Assembly (NCBI GenBank): GCA_002269645.1
Contig: NIVC01002092.1
Span: forward strand, 62,001-126,000
DNA length: 64,000 nt
DNA from: Macrostomum lignano
Lineage: Eukaryota
Direction of reading: 5' to 3'
The number at the start of each line of letters is the position of its first letter. The stretch's first letter is position 1. This document shows positions 12,113-25,776 of the stretch, in pieces. A program made the translations under genes and the position numbers. Under the pieces are notes generated by a model, which was not told the DNA's origin, ran no database searches, and was given only the letters and a program-made list of their open reading frames with translations.

Positions 12113-14409
12113 AACACAGCCCAGCCTAGCTCAAGTGTGGTAATTTGCGGGGGCATTTATTGGGACATCATTGCAGCTTGGCACTTTAAAACCAATGTAG
12201 CAATCTCAGAGGCATTGTTGGGACACAATCTACGCCTAGCAAACACAGCCCAGCCTAGCTCAAGTGTGGTAATTTGCGGGGGCATTTATTGGGACATCAT
12301 TGCAGCTGGGCACTTTAAAACCAATGTAGCAATCTCAGAGGCATTGTTGGGACACAATCTACGCCTAGCAAACACAGCCCAGTCTAGCTCAAGTGTGGTA
12401 ATTTGCGGGGGCATTTATTGGGACATCATTGCAGCTGGGCACTTTAAAACCAATGTAGCAATCTCAGAGGCATTGTTGGGACACAATCTACGCCTAGCAA
12501 ACACAGCCCAGCCTAGCTCAAGTGTGGTAATTTGCGGGGCATTTATTGGGACATCATTGCAGCTTGGCACTTTAAAATCAATGTAGCAATCTCAGAGGCA
12601 TTGTTGGGACACAATCTACGCCTAGCAAACACAGCCTAGCCTAGCTCAAGTGTGGTAATTTGCGGGGCATTTATTGGGACATCATTGCAGCTGGGCACTT
12701 TAAAACCAATGTAGCAATCTCAGAGGCATTGTTGGGACACAATCTACGCCTAGCAAACACAGCCTAGCCTAGCTCAAGTGTGGTAATTTGCGGGGCATTT
12801 ATTGGGACATCATTGCAGCTTGGCACTTTAAAACCAATGTAGCAATCTCAGAGGCATTGTTGGGACACAATCTACGCCTAGCAAACACAGCCCAGTCTAG
12901 CTCAAGTGTGGTAATTTGCGGGGCATTTATTGGGACATCATTGCAGCTTGGCACTTTAAAATCAATGTAGCAATCTCAGAGGCATTGTTGGGACACAATC
13001 TACGCCTAGCAAACACAGCCTAGCCTAGCTCAAGTGTGGTAATTTGCGGGGCATTTATTGGGACATCATTGCAGCTTGGCACTTTAAAATCAATGTAGCA
13101 ATCTCAGAGGCATTGTTGGGACACAATCTACGCCTAGCAAACACAGCCTAGCCTAGCTCAAGTGTGGTAATTTGCGGGGCATTTATTGGGACATCATTGC
13201 AGCTTGGCACTTTAAAACCAATGTAGCAATCTCAGAGGCATTGTTGGGACACAATCTACGCCTAGCAAACACAGCCCAGTCTAGCTCAAGTGTGGTAATT
13301 TGCGGGGCATTTATTGGGACATCATTGCAGCTTGGCACTTTAAAACCAATGTAGCAATCTCAGAGGCATTGTTGGGACACAATCTACGCCTAGCAAACAC
13401 AGCCCAGTCTAGCTCAAGTGTGGTAATTTGCGGGCATTTATTGGGACATCATTGCAGCTTGGCACTTTAAAATCAATGTAGCAATCTCAGAGGCATTGTT
13501 GGGACACAATCTACGCCTAGCAAACACAGCCCAGTCTAGCTCAAGTGTGGTAATTTGCGGGGCATTTATTGGGACATCATTGCAGCTGGGCACTTTAAAA
13601 CCAATGTAGCAATCTCAGAGGCATTGTTGGGACACAATCTACGCCTAGCAAACACAGCCTAGCCTAGCTCAAGTGTGGTAATTTGCGGGGCATTTATTGG
13701 GACATCATTGCAGCTGGGCACTTTAATATCAATGTAGCAATCTCAGAGGCATTGTTGGGACACAATCTACGCCTAGCAAACACAGCCCAGTCTAGCTCAA
13801 GTGTGGTAATTTGCGGGGCATTTATTGGGACATCATTGCAGCTTGGCACTTTAAAACCAATGTAGCAATCTCAGAGGCATTGTTGGGACACAATCTACGC
13901 CTAGCAAACACAGCCCAGTCTAGCTCAAGTGTGGTAATTTGCGGGGGCATTTATTGGGACATCATTGCAGCTTGGCACTTTAAAACCAATGTAGCAATCT
14001 CAGAGGCATTGTTGGGACACAATCTACGCCTAGCAAACACAGCCCAGTCTAGCTCAAGTGTGGTAATTTGCGGGGCATTTATTGGGACATCATTGCAGCT
14101 GGGCACTTTAAAACCAATGTAGCAATCTCAGAGGCATTGTTGGGACACAATCTACGCCTAGCAAACACAGCCTAGCCTAGCTCAAGTGTGGTAATTTGCG
14201 GGGGCATTTATTGGGACATCATTGCAGCTGGGCTTATTTTTCAGCCTATTTTATGTCGCACTTATTGGGACAGTACTGATTCTAGTCGCGACTCCTTCTG
14301 ACTTTTTGAAACAGACCCAGCATTGGTTGAACACATTCTATTAAAGAGTTCTCGATTAGACCATTAATTATTACTAAAGCAAACTTATCTTAATTTCTTT
14401 TCTTCGCAG

Positions 14410-14649
14410 CTTCTAAAGTCAGCAACGCTAGCGACATGCCTAAAAGAGAAGACTCCACATCAACAATTAACAGCGAGCATTCCGATATCGCGGATGCATT
14501 AGCCACATCTTGTTTACTAGCTGCTCAGGAGCAGCAACAGACACTTCTCATGCAGACAGGCTGCAGCCAGTCTATTGATGATTTGTCTTGTGGAGCTAAA
14601 GACAACTCGTCCGGCAAAGGATTAAAGAGAAAGAGGCGATCTGTTCTGG
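14410..14649 (+). CDS. Putative symmetric (phase 1-1) 240-bp coding exon, chimeric B/A copy 1, with KRKRR NLS-like motif
   Basis: TTTCTTTTCTTCGCAG acceptor, open frame SKVSNASDMPKRED...GLKRKRRSVL, G|GTGAGC donor. No recognisable domain. Confidence 0.45.
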
Positions 14650-17318
14650 GTGAGCATTATCTGCTGTGGAAGTAACCAGAGTATTTGTGTTGCCCAGTAG
14701 AGCACAATTCGAAATCAATGTAACAATCTCAGAGGCATTGTTGGGACACAATCTACGCCTAGCAAACACAGCCCAGTCTAGCTCAAGTGTGGTAATTTGC
14801 GGGGGCATTTATTGGGACATCATTGCAGCTTGGCACTTTAAAACCAATGTAGCAATCTCAGAGGCATTGTTGGGACACAATCTACGCCTAGCAAACACAG
14901 CCCAGCCTAGCTCAAGTGTGGTAATTTGCGGGGGCATTTATTGGGACATCATTGCAGCTGGGCACTTTAAAACCAATGTAGCAATCTCAGAGGCATTGTT
15001 GGGACACAATCTACGCCTAGCAAACACAGCCCAGTCTAGCTCAAGTGTGGTAATTTGCGGGGGCATTTATTGGGACATCATTGCAGCTGGGCACTTTAAA
15101 ACCAATGTAGCAATCTCAGAGGCATTGTTGGGACACAATCTACGCCTAGCAAACACAGCCCAGCCTAGCTCAAGTGTGGTAATTTGCGGGGCATTTATTG
15201 GGACATCATTGCAGCTTGGCACTTTAAAATCAATGTAGCAATCTCAGAGGCATTGTTGGGACACAATCTACGCCTAGCAAACACAGCCTAGCCTAGCTCA
15301 AGTGTGGTAATTTGCGGGGCATTTATTGGGACATCATTGCAGCTGGGCACTTTAAAACCAATGTAGCAATCTCAGAGGCATTGTTGGGACACAATCTACG
15401 CCTAGCAAACACAGCCTAGCCTAGCTCAAGTGTGGTAATTTGCGGGGCATTTATTGGGACATCATTGCAGCTTGGCACTTTAAAACCAATGTAGCAATCT
15501 CAGAGGCATTGTTGGGACACAATCTACGCCTAGCAAACACAGCCCAGTCTAGCTCAAGTGTGGTAATTTGCGGGGCATTTATTGGGACATCATTGCAGCT
15601 TGGCACTTTAAAATCAATGTAGCAATCTCAGAGGCATTGTTGGGACACAATCTACGCCTAGCAAACACAGCCTAGCCTAGCTCAAGTGTGGTAATTTGCG
15701 GGGCATTTATTGGGACATCATTGCAGCTTGGCACTTTAAAATCAATGTAGCAATCTCAGAGGCATTGTTGGGACACAATCTACGCCTAGCAAACACAGCC
15801 TAGCCTAGCTCAAGTGTGGTAATTTGCGGGGCATTTATTGGGACATCATTGCAGCTTGGCACTTTAAAACCAATGTAGCAATCTCAGAGGCATTGTTGGG
15901 ACACAATCTACGCCTAGCAAACACAGCCCAGTCTAGCTCAAGTGTGGTAATTTGCGGGGCATTTATTGGGACATCATTGCAGCTTGGCACTTTAAAACCA
16001 ATGTAGCAATCTCAGAGGCATTGTTGGGACACAATCTACGCCTAGCAAACACAGCCCAGTCTAGCTCAAGTGTGGTAATTTGCGGGGCATTTATTGGGAC
16101 ATCATTGCAGCTTGGCACTTTAAAATCAATGTAGCAATCTCAGAGGCATTGTTGGGACACAATCTACGCCTAGCAAACACAGCCCAGTCTAGCTCAAGTG
16201 TGGTAATTTGCGGGGCATTTATTGGGACATCATTGCAGCTGGGCACTTTAAAACCAATGTAGCAATCTCAGAGGCATTGTTGGGACACAATCTACGCCTA
16301 GCAAACACAGCCTAGCCTAGCTCAAGTGTGGTAATTTGCGGGGCATTTATTGGGACATCATTGCAGCTGGGCACTTTAATATCAATGTAGCAATCTCAGA
16401 GGCATTGTTGGGACACAATCTACGCCTAGCAAACACAGCCCAGTCTAGCTCAAGTGTGGTAATTTGCGGGGCATTTATTGGGACATCATTGCAGCTTGGC
16501 ACTTTAAAACCAATGTAGCAATCTCAGAGGCATTGTTGGGACACAATCTACGCCTAGCAAACACAGCCCAGTCTAGCTCAAGTGTGGTAATTTGCGGGGG
16601 CATTTATTGGGACATCATTGCAGCTTGGCACTTTAAAACCAATGTAGCAATCTCAGAGGCATTGTTGGGACACAATCTACGCCTAGCAAACACAGCCCAG
16701 TCTAGCTCAAGTGTGGTAATTTGCGGGGCATTTATTGGGACATCATTGCAGCTGGGCACTTTAAAACCAATGTAGCAATCTCAGAGGCATTGTTGGGACA
16801 CAATCTACGCCTAGCAAACACAGCCCAGTCTAGCTCAAGTGTGGTAATTTGCGGGGCATTTATTGGGACATCATTGCAGCTTGGCACTTTAAAATCAATG
16901 TAGCAATCTCAGAGGCATTGTTGGGACACAATCTACGCCTAGCAAACACAGCCCAGTCTAGCTCAAGTGTGGTAATTTGCGGGGCATTTATTGGGACATC
17001 ATTGCAGCTGGGCACTTTAAAACCAATGTAGCAATCTCAGAGGCATTGTTGGGACACAATCTACGCCTAGCAAACACAGCCTAGCCTAGCTCAAGTGTGG
17101 TAATTTGCGGGGGCATTTATTGGGACATCATTGCAGCTGGGCTTATTTTTCAGCCTATTTTATGTCGCACTTATTGGGACAGTACTGATTCTAGTCGCGA
17201 CTCCTTCTGACTTTTTGAAACAGACCCAGCATTGGTTGAACACATTCTATTAAAGAGTTCTCGATTAGACCATTAATTATTACTAAAGCAAACTTATCTT
17301 AATTTCTTTTCTTCGCAG

Positions 17319-17558
17319 CTTCTAAAGTCAGCAACGCTAGCGACATGCCTAAAAGAGAAGACTCCACATCAACAATTAACAGCGAGCATTCCGATATCGC
17401 GGATGCATTAGCCACATCTTGTTTACTAGCTGCTCAGGAGCAGCAACAGACACTTCTCATGCAGACAGGCTGCAGCCAGTCTATTGATGATTTGTCTTGT
17501 GGAGCTAAAGACAACTCGTCCGGCAAAGGATTAAAGAGAAAGAGGCGATCTGTTCTGG
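17319..17558 (+). CDS. Putative symmetric exon, chimeric B/A copy 2
   Basis: Apparently identical to 14410-14649, offset 2909. Confidence 0.45.
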
Positions 17559-20227
17559 GTGAGCATTATCTGCTGTGGAAGTAACCAGAGTATTTGTGTT
17601 GCCCAGTAGAGCACAATTCGAAATCAATGTAACAATCTCAGAGGCATTGTTGGGACACAATCTACGCCTAGCAAACACAGCCCAGTCTAGCTCAAGTGTG
17701 GTAATTTGCGGGGGCATTTATTGGGACATCATTGCAGCTTGGCACTTTAAAACCAATGTAGCAATCTCAGAGGCATTGTTGGGACACAATCTACGCCTAG
17801 CAAACACAGCCCAGCCTAGCTCAAGTGTGGTAATTTGCGGGGGCATTTATTGGGACATCATTGCAGCTGGGCACTTTAAAACCAATGTAGCAATCTCAGA
17901 GGCATTGTTGGGACACAATCTACGCCTAGCAAACACAGCCCAGTCTAGCTCAAGTGTGGTAATTTGCGGGGGCATTTATTGGGACATCATTGCAGCTGGG
18001 CACTTTAAAACCAATGTAGCAATCTCAGAGGCATTGTTGGGACACAATCTACGCCTAGCAAACACAGCCCAGCCTAGCTCAAGTGTGGTAATTTGCGGGG
18101 CATTTATTGGGACATCATTGCAGCTTGGCACTTTAAAATCAATGTAGCAATCTCAGAGGCATTGTTGGGACACAATCTACGCCTAGCAAACACAGCCTAG
18201 CCTAGCTCAAGTGTGGTAATTTGCGGGGCATTTATTGGGACATCATTGCAGCTGGGCACTTTAAAACCAATGTAGCAATCTCAGAGGCATTGTTGGGACA
18301 CAATCTACGCCTAGCAAACACAGCCTAGCCTAGCTCAAGTGTGGTAATTTGCGGGGCATTTATTGGGACATCATTGCAGCTTGGCACTTTAAAACCAATG
18401 TAGCAATCTCAGAGGCATTGTTGGGACACAATCTACGCCTAGCAAACACAGCCCAGTCTAGCTCAAGTGTGGTAATTTGCGGGGCATTTATTGGGACATC
18501 ATTGCAGCTTGGCACTTTAAAATCAATGTAGCAATCTCAGAGGCATTGTTGGGACACAATCTACGCCTAGCAAACACAGCCTAGCCTAGCTCAAGTGTGG
18601 TAATTTGCGGGGCATTTATTGGGACATCATTGCAGCTTGGCACTTTAAAATCAATGTAGCAATCTCAGAGGCATTGTTGGGACACAATCTACGCCTAGCA
18701 AACACAGCCTAGCCTAGCTCAAGTGTGGTAATTTGCGGGGCATTTATTGGGACATCATTGCAGCTTGGCACTTTAAAACCAATGTAGCAATCTCAGAGGC
18801 ATTGTTGGGACACAATCTACGCCTAGCAAACACAGCCCAGTCTAGCTCAAGTGTGGTAATTTGCGGGGCATTTATTGGGACATCATTGCAGCTTGGCACT
18901 TTAAAACCAATGTAGCAATCTCAGAGGCATTGTTGGGACACAATCTACGCCTAGCAAACACAGCCCAGTCTAGCTCAAGTGTGGTAATTTGCGGGGCATT
19001 TATTGGGACATCATTGCAGCTTGGCACTTTAAAATCAATGTAGCAATCTCAGAGGCATTGTTGGGACACAATCTACGCCTAGCAAACACAGCCCAGTCTA
19101 GCTCAAGTGTGGTAATTTGCGGGGCATTTATTGGGACATCATTGCAGCTGGGCACTTTAAAACCAATGTAGCAATCTCAGAGGCATTGTTGGGACACAAT
19201 CTACGCCTAGCAAACACAGCCTAGCCTAGCTCAAGTGTGGTAATTTGCGGGGCATTTATTGGGACATCATTGCAGCTGGGCACTTTAAAATCAATGTAGC
19301 AATCTCAGAGGCATTGTTGGGACACAATCTACGCCTAGCAAACACAGCCCAGTCTAGCTCAAGTGTGGTAATTTGCGGGGCATTTATTGGGACATCATTG
19401 CAGCTTGGCACTTTAAAACCAATGTAGCAATCTCAGAGGCATTGTTGGGACACAATCTACGCCTAGCAAACACAGCCCAGTCTAGCTCAAGTGTGGTAAT
19501 TTGCGGGGGCATTTATTGGGACATCATTGCAGCTTGGCACTTTAAAACCAATGTAGCAATCTCAGAGGCATTGTTGGGACACAATCTACGCCTAGCAAAC
19601 ACAGCCCAGTCTAGCTCAAGTGTGGTAATTTGCGGGGCATTTATTGGGACATCATTGCAGCTGGGCACTTTAAAACCAATGTAGCAATCTCAGAGGCATT
19701 GTTGGGACACAATCTACGCCTAGCAAACACAGCCCAGTCTAGCTCAAGTGTGGTAATTTGCGGGGCATTTATTGGGACATCATTGCAGCTTGGCACTTTA
19801 AAATCAATGTAGCAATCTCAGAGGCATTGTTGGGACACAATCTACGCCTAGCAAACACAGCCCAGTCTAGCTCAAGTGTGGTAATTTGCGGGGCATTTAT
19901 TGGGACATCATTGCAGCTGGGCACTTTAAAACCAATGTAGCAATCTCAGAGGCATTGTTGGGACACAATCTACGCCTAGCAAACACAGCCTAGCCTAGCT
20001 CAAGTGTGGTAATTTGCGGGGGCATTTATTGGGACATCATTGCAGCTGGGCTTATTTTTCAGCCTATTTTATGTCGCACTTATTGGGACAGTACTGATTC
20101 TAGTCGCGACTCCTTCTGACTTTTTGAAACAGACCCAGCATTGGTTGAACACATTCTATTAAAGAGTTCTCGATTAGACCATTAATTATTACTAAAGCAA
20201 ACTTATCTTAATTTCTTTTCTTCGCAG

Positions 20228-20439
20228 CTTCTAAAGTCAGCAACGCTAGCGACATGCCTAAAAGAGAAGACTCCACATCAACAATTAACAGCGAGCATTC
20301 CGATATCGCGGATGCATTAGCCACATCTTGTTTACTAGCTGCTCAGGAGCAGCAACAGACACTTCCCACGCAGGCAGGCTGCAGCCAGTCCTTTGATTCG
20401 TCCTGTGGAGCTGGTTTTTTTATAGTTTCAGAATCGTGA
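20228..20439 (+). CDS. Putative exon 'B' with divergent 3' half, ending in TGA
   Basis: Same acceptor and 5' half as the chimeric copies, then TLPTQAGCSQSFDSSCGAGFFIVSES*. Confidence 0.35.
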
Positions 20440-20634
20440 AGTCAGTTAACTGCTGTGTGCCTCAACAATGTGTTACTCAGTGGACGCAATTTTTTTTGCA
20501 ACCTGTCTCTAATTTGAACCTGTGCAATGAACTCTGTAGAGCTCTAGAGTGTGGTTTCTACACAGTAGTGATTTATATAGCATGTGTGGAGAGTTCAAAC
20601 TTCGCTTGATGAATATGGTGTTAGTGTAATTTTC

Positions 20635-21403
20635 GGGACAGCCCTATCCACACTGGCTATGATGGAATTGTTGGGACAGCCCTATCCACACTGGCTATGA
20701 TGGAATTGTTGGGACAGCCCTATCCACACTGGCTATGGTGGAATTGTTGGGACAGCCCTATCCACACTGGCTATGATGGAATTGTTGGGACAGCCCTATC
20801 CACACTGGCTATGATGGAATTGTTGGGACAGCCCTATCCACACTGGCTATGGTGGAATTGTTGGGACAGCCCTATCCACACTGGCTTTGATGGAATTGTT
20901 GGGACAGCCCTATCCACACTGGCTATGATGGAATTGTTGGGACAGCCCTATCCACACTGGCTATGATGGAATTGTTGGGACAGCCCTATCCACACTGGCT
21001 ATGATGGAATTGTTGGGACAGCCCTATCCACACTGGCTATGATGGAATTGTTGGGACAGCCCTATCCACACTGGCTATGGTGGAATTGTTGGGACAGCCC
21101 TATCCACACTGGCTATGGTGGAATTGTTGGGACAGCCCTATCCACACTGGCTATGATGGAATTGTTGGGACAGCCCTATCCACACTGGCTATGGTGGAAT
21201 TGTTGGGACAGCCCTATCCACACTGGCTATGATGGAATTGTTGGGACAGCCCTATCCACACTGGCTATGATGGAATTGTTGGGACAGCCCTATCCACACT
21301 GGCTATGATGGAATTGTTGGGACAGCCCTATCCACACTGGCTATGATGGAATTGTTGGGACAGCCCTATCCACACTGGCTATGATGGAATGGTTGGGACA
21401 GCC
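20635..21403. repeat. 38-bp minisatellite, ~20 copies
   Basis: GGGACAGCCCTATCCACACTGGCTATGATGGAATTGTT. Confidence 0.98.
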
Positions 21404-22038
21404 GCACTCTTGTGTTATAGTGTGATTCTTTCCATTCCTATTAGGTTAGTATTTAGCGGGTCCAAATAGCTGACACGGATTTCATGTGCCGAATCTTTTT
21501 GAGTAATTTTAGATGTTACTGTCATAATAAAAAAGTACATGTTCATGAACAGTGGAGTTTCGCTACAGAATTATTTTTGTGGTGGTGGCACTAAAACTAG
21601 CTACAATAATTCGTGTCAGAAAAAAGCTATTTGAGATGTGTCAATGTCTTTCGGTTTTTGATAACCTGAATATCCTTAACGTGTACCCTGCTCTCTTTTA
21701 TATTCTATGATTGCTGATATTATCTGCTGAATAAATTTGAAGCGCTGATAATATTGCGTCAAGTAGCATTCAGCAGGACAACAATTAGTTTTTTTTACCC
21801 TTTTACACAAATTAGACAATATAGCTCGTAAATGTACAGTCTGTTGTGAGTTTAATACGCCTCGAAAAAAATGCGCTCAAACTGCTTTCAGTAAGTCGAA
21901 AGCATTATCAATTAAAATCTATTTTAGGGTTGCAATTGCCTGTGTTGGGACGTGTGTGTGTGTGATTTTTGTGTGTCGCGGCAGTCCCCATATTTGCCCA
22001 CTTTTGCACACGTGGCCAATAAGTGCCCCGTGCACGTT

Positions 22039-22085
22039 TGTGTGTGTATGAGTGTGTATGAGTGTGTATGAGTGTGTGTGTGTAT

Positions 22086-22120
<35 letters not shown>
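22039..22120. repeat. (GT)n / TGTGTATGAG simple repeat
   Basis: Direct reading. Confidence 0.9.
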
Positions 22121-22123
<3 letters not shown>

Positions 22124-22674
22124 GATTTGTGAAGCTTGAGACTGATTTTAGGATGCAAGAGCGGAGAGAGCGGGAGAGAGGAGAAAGTGGAAGAGAGGCG
22201 AAGTTTGAGAGAGGAGGAGTGGGAGAGAGGGGGAGTGGGTCTCGTATCGTTTGAAACAGTTCAACTGCCGTATCGGAAGCAGTGCACTTGCAAGCGCTTA
22301 TTTAATGTTTTTGCCGTATCGGACAGCGCTGAGAAAACCCTGCCTCTCATTGGGGCCGCAGTGCAATGCGTTAGCGCTGATTGACATGTCCAAAAGGCGG
22401 ACAGCATCCGAGAAAGGATTCAGTTCGCTGCACAGGTCTGCAAAAGCATTCAATCGAAGCCAGTGTAGCCTCATATGTGTTCACAATCTGGCTTTGCTAC
22501 ACCCGGAGGCTCTAAGCTTCACCTAGAGATCTGCAGCTGCTAAGGATCCTTTCTACAATACAATCTAAGGACCAAAGCCTAACATTTGCAATTTTTATGA
22601 GGGTCTGATAATGCAATAGCTGGATACACGTGTGACTGCTTTAGCTAAGGTGTTCACTTATAAAATGGAATACA

Positions 22675-24310
22675 AAGTGGGAGAGAGGAGAGGAGAGGGA
22701 GGGTGGGAGAGGAGAGGAGAGGGAGGGTGGGAGAGGAGAGAGAGTGGGAGAGAAGAGAGTGAGAGGGAGAGGAGAGAAAGGGTGGGATAGGAGAGAAAGG
22801 TGGGAGAGAAGAGGGAGGGTGGGAGAGGAGAGAGTGGGAGGGAGAGGAGAGAGTGGGAGGGAGAGAAGAGAGTGAAAGGGAGAGGAGAGAAAGGGTGGGA
22901 GAGAAGAGGGAGAGGAGAGAGAGGGTGGGAGAGGAGAGAGAGGGTGGGAGAGGAGAGAGAGGGTGGGAGTGGAGAGAGAGGGTGGGAGTGGAGAGAGAGG
23001 GTGGGAGTGGAGAAAGAGGGTGGGAGTGGAGAGAGAGGGTGGGAGTGGAGAGAGAGGGTGGGAGTGGAGAGAGAGGGTGGGAGTGGAGAGAGAGGGTGGG
23101 AGAGGAGAGAGTGGGAGGGAGAGAAGAGAATGAAAGGGAGAGGAGAGAAAGGGTGGGAGAGAAGAGGGAGAGGAGAGAGTGGGAGGGAGAGAAGAGAGTG
23201 AAAGGGAGAGGAGAGAAAGGGTGGGAGAGGAGAGAGAGGGTGGGAGAGGAGAGAGAGGGTGGGAGTGGAGAGAGAGGGTGGGAGTGGAGAGAGAGGGTGG
23301 GAGTGGAGAAAGAGGGTGGGAGTGGAGAGAGAGGGTGGGAGTGGAGAGAGAGGGTGGGAGTGGAGAGAGAGGGTGGGAGTGGAGAGAGAGGGTGGGAGAG
23401 GAGAGAGAGGGTGGGAGAGGAGAGAGAGGGTGGGAGTGGAGAGAGAGGGTGGGAGTGGAGAGAGAGGGTGGGAGTGGAGAGAGAGGGTGAGAGTGGAGAA
23501 AGAGGGTGGGAGTGGAGAGAGAGGGTGGGAGTGGAGAGAGAGGGTGGGAGTGGAGAGAGAGGGTGGGAGTGGAGAGAAAGGGTTGGAGAGAAGAGGGAGA
23601 GGAGAGAAAGGGTTGGAGAGAAGAGGGAGAGGAGAGAAAGGGTGGGAGTGGAGAGAGAGGGTGGGAGTGGAGAGAGAGGGTGAGAGTGGAGAAAGAGGGT
23701 GGGAGTGGAGAGAGAGGGTGGGAGTGGAGAGAGAGGGTGGGAGTGGAGAGAGAGGGTGGGAGTGGAGAGAAAGGGTGGGAGAGAAGAGGGAGAGGAGAGA
23801 GAGGGTGGGAGAGAAGAGGGAGAGGAGAGAAAGGGTGGGAGAGAAGAGGGAGAGGAGAGAAAGGGTGGGAGAGAAGAGGGAGAGGAGAGAAAGGGTTGGA
23901 GAGAAGAGGGAGAGGAGAGAAAGGGTGGGAGAGAAGAGGGAGAGGAGAGAAAGGATTGGAGAGAAGAGGGAGAGGAGAGAAAGGGTGGGAGAGAAGAGGG
24001 CGAGGAGAGAAAGGGTGGGAGAGAAGAGGGAGAGGAGAGAAAGGGTTGGAGAGAAGAGGGAGAGGAGAGAAAGGATTGGAGAGAAGAGGGAGAGGAGAGA
24101 AAGGGTGGGAGAGAAGAGGGCGAGGAGAGAAAGGGTGGGAGAGAAGAGGGAGAGGAGAGAAAGGGTTGGAGAGAAGAGGGAGAGGAGAGAAAGGGTGGGA
24201 GAGAAGAGGGAGAGGAGAGAAAGGGTGGGAGAGAAGAGGGAGAGGAGAGAAAGGGTGGGAGAGAAGAGGGAGAGGAGAGAAAGGGTGGGAGAGAGAGGGA
24301 GAGGAGAGAG
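22675..24310. repeat. 1.6-kb purine-rich composite repeat (19-bp GGGTGGGAGTGGAGAGAGA and 30-bp AAGGGTGGGAGAGAAGAGGGAGAGGAGAGA units)
   Basis: Plus strand is almost devoid of C; explains all ORFs at 22.6-24.4 kb. Confidence 0.97.
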
Positions 24311-24989
24311 CTGTACCAAACGCATACATAGTGTCAAGATTTTGACACGATCATTCCTCGTATTCTCAAAGGCACAGAAAGGCCAAAGGCGCACAGCAGT
24401 AAGTATTCGATTGTAGATCTATTTAAAAGTCTGTTTGGCTTAAAATTCAGAAGGTACGAGCGTACTTTATTGGTGACAGATAAGCACAGATGATAATGCG
24501 TGTCTTCAAATCAGATATTTTCATTTAGTAGTCGGCATAGCAGGGAAGGAGTTGGCACTCTAAGGTCTTGGTTGCCTTGGCACGTTGAAGAATGATAGAA
24601 ATTTATTCAGTCCTTCATTAAAGTGACGGTGAACAGCTGCTCCTGCAGGACAGCTCAGTGGTAATCGAATTTCTAAATCATGAAATTCCTAGCAGGGGTC
24701 TCGCGGAATTCAATGGAGTTGAGAATGTTAATGGCTGACTGTCATTAACCTCCTGACTGCCTGCTCCATACCAACCAATATGTAGGTCGTCTGTGAAATC
24801 TTTAATTCTGCATGTTTTTAACACACTATATATGTAACATGTAATATAACAGGTATTTGATGTATTGTAATCAGTTCAATATCCAAATTTAAGATCTGAC
24901 ATGACACATAACTTTAACATATTTTTCAAGATTTTGACAACGTTATTACTCGTATTCTCAACATCTCCTGACACAATTTTGGCATCTCT

Positions 24990-25776
24990 TCCCAGCATCT
25001 GACACAAATTCTACATCTCTTCCAAGCATCTGACACAAATTCTACATCTCTTCCAAGCATCTGACAAATTCTACATCTCTTCCCAGCATCTTACACAAAT
25101 TCTACATCTCTTACTAACATCTGACACAAATTCTACATCATTTACTAACATCTGACACAAATTCTACATCTCACCCAGCATCTGACACAAATTCTACATC
25201 TCTTACTAACATCTGACACAAATTCTACATCATTTACTAACATCTGACACAAATTCTACATCTCACCCAGCATCTGACACAAATTCTACATCTTTCCTCA
25301 ACCTCTGACACAAATTCTACATCTCTTACTAACATCTGACACAAATTCTACATCTCTTCCCAGCATCTGACACAAATTCTACATCTCTTCCCAACATCTG
25401 ACACAAATTCTACATCTCTTTCCAACATCTGACACAAATTCTACATCTCTTCCCAGCATCTGACACAAATCCTACATCTTTTCCCAACATCTGACACAAA
25501 TCCTACATCTTTTCCCCACATTTGACACAAATTCTACATCTTTTCCCAGCATCTGACACAAATTCTACATCATTTACCAGCATCTGACACAAATTCTACA
25601 TCTCTTCCCAGCATCTGACACAAATTCTACATCATTTACCAGCATCTGACACAAATTATACATCTCTTCCCAGCATCTGACACAAATTCTACATCTCACC
25701 CAGCATCTGACACAAATTCTACATCTCACCCAGCATCTGACACAAATTCTACATCTCTCCTCAACCTCTGACACAA
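24990..25776. repeat. ~30-bp minisatellite (CATCTGACACAAATTCTACATCTCTTCCCAG-like), ~26 copies
   Basis: Direct reading. Confidence 0.95.

Larger units (their letters stand above)
9930..20049. repeat. 128/129-bp satellite in four blocks (9930-10370, 12113-14233, 14710-17142, 17619-20049)
   Basis: Unit GCAAACACAGCCCAGTCTAGCTCAAGTGTGGTAATTTGCGGG(G)GCATTTATTGGGACATCATTGCAGCTTGGCACTTTAAAACCAATGTAGCAATCTCAGAGGCATTGTTGGGACACAATCTACGCCTA; length depends on a G4/G5 run. Confidence 0.98.
14410..20227. repeat. Higher-order tandem duplication, 2 x 2909 bp (exon + satellite + intron end)
   Basis: Identical landmarks at 14410, 17319 and 20228; ORF-track pairs 14436/17345/20254. Confidence 0.95.

Noticed and set aside
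9930-20049. CRISPR-like array, or a coding 43-aa repeat (ANTAQSSSSVVICGGIYWDII...)
   Set aside because: There are no unique spacers and the context is eukaryotic. Most units are 128 bp (G4), which breaks the frame, so the ORFs track only the 129-bp variants.
12113-20049. Each satellite unit as a 92-nt exon plus a 36/37-nt GT-AG mini-intron (the G4/G5 variation falls in the 'intron')
   Set aside because: 92 nt forces frame cycling and two of the three frames contain stops, so no continuous CDS results.
24745-25776. piggyBac-like left end (TTAA|CCTCCTGAC...) followed by the 30-bp array
   Set aside because: No matching right TIR plus TTAA was found downstream.
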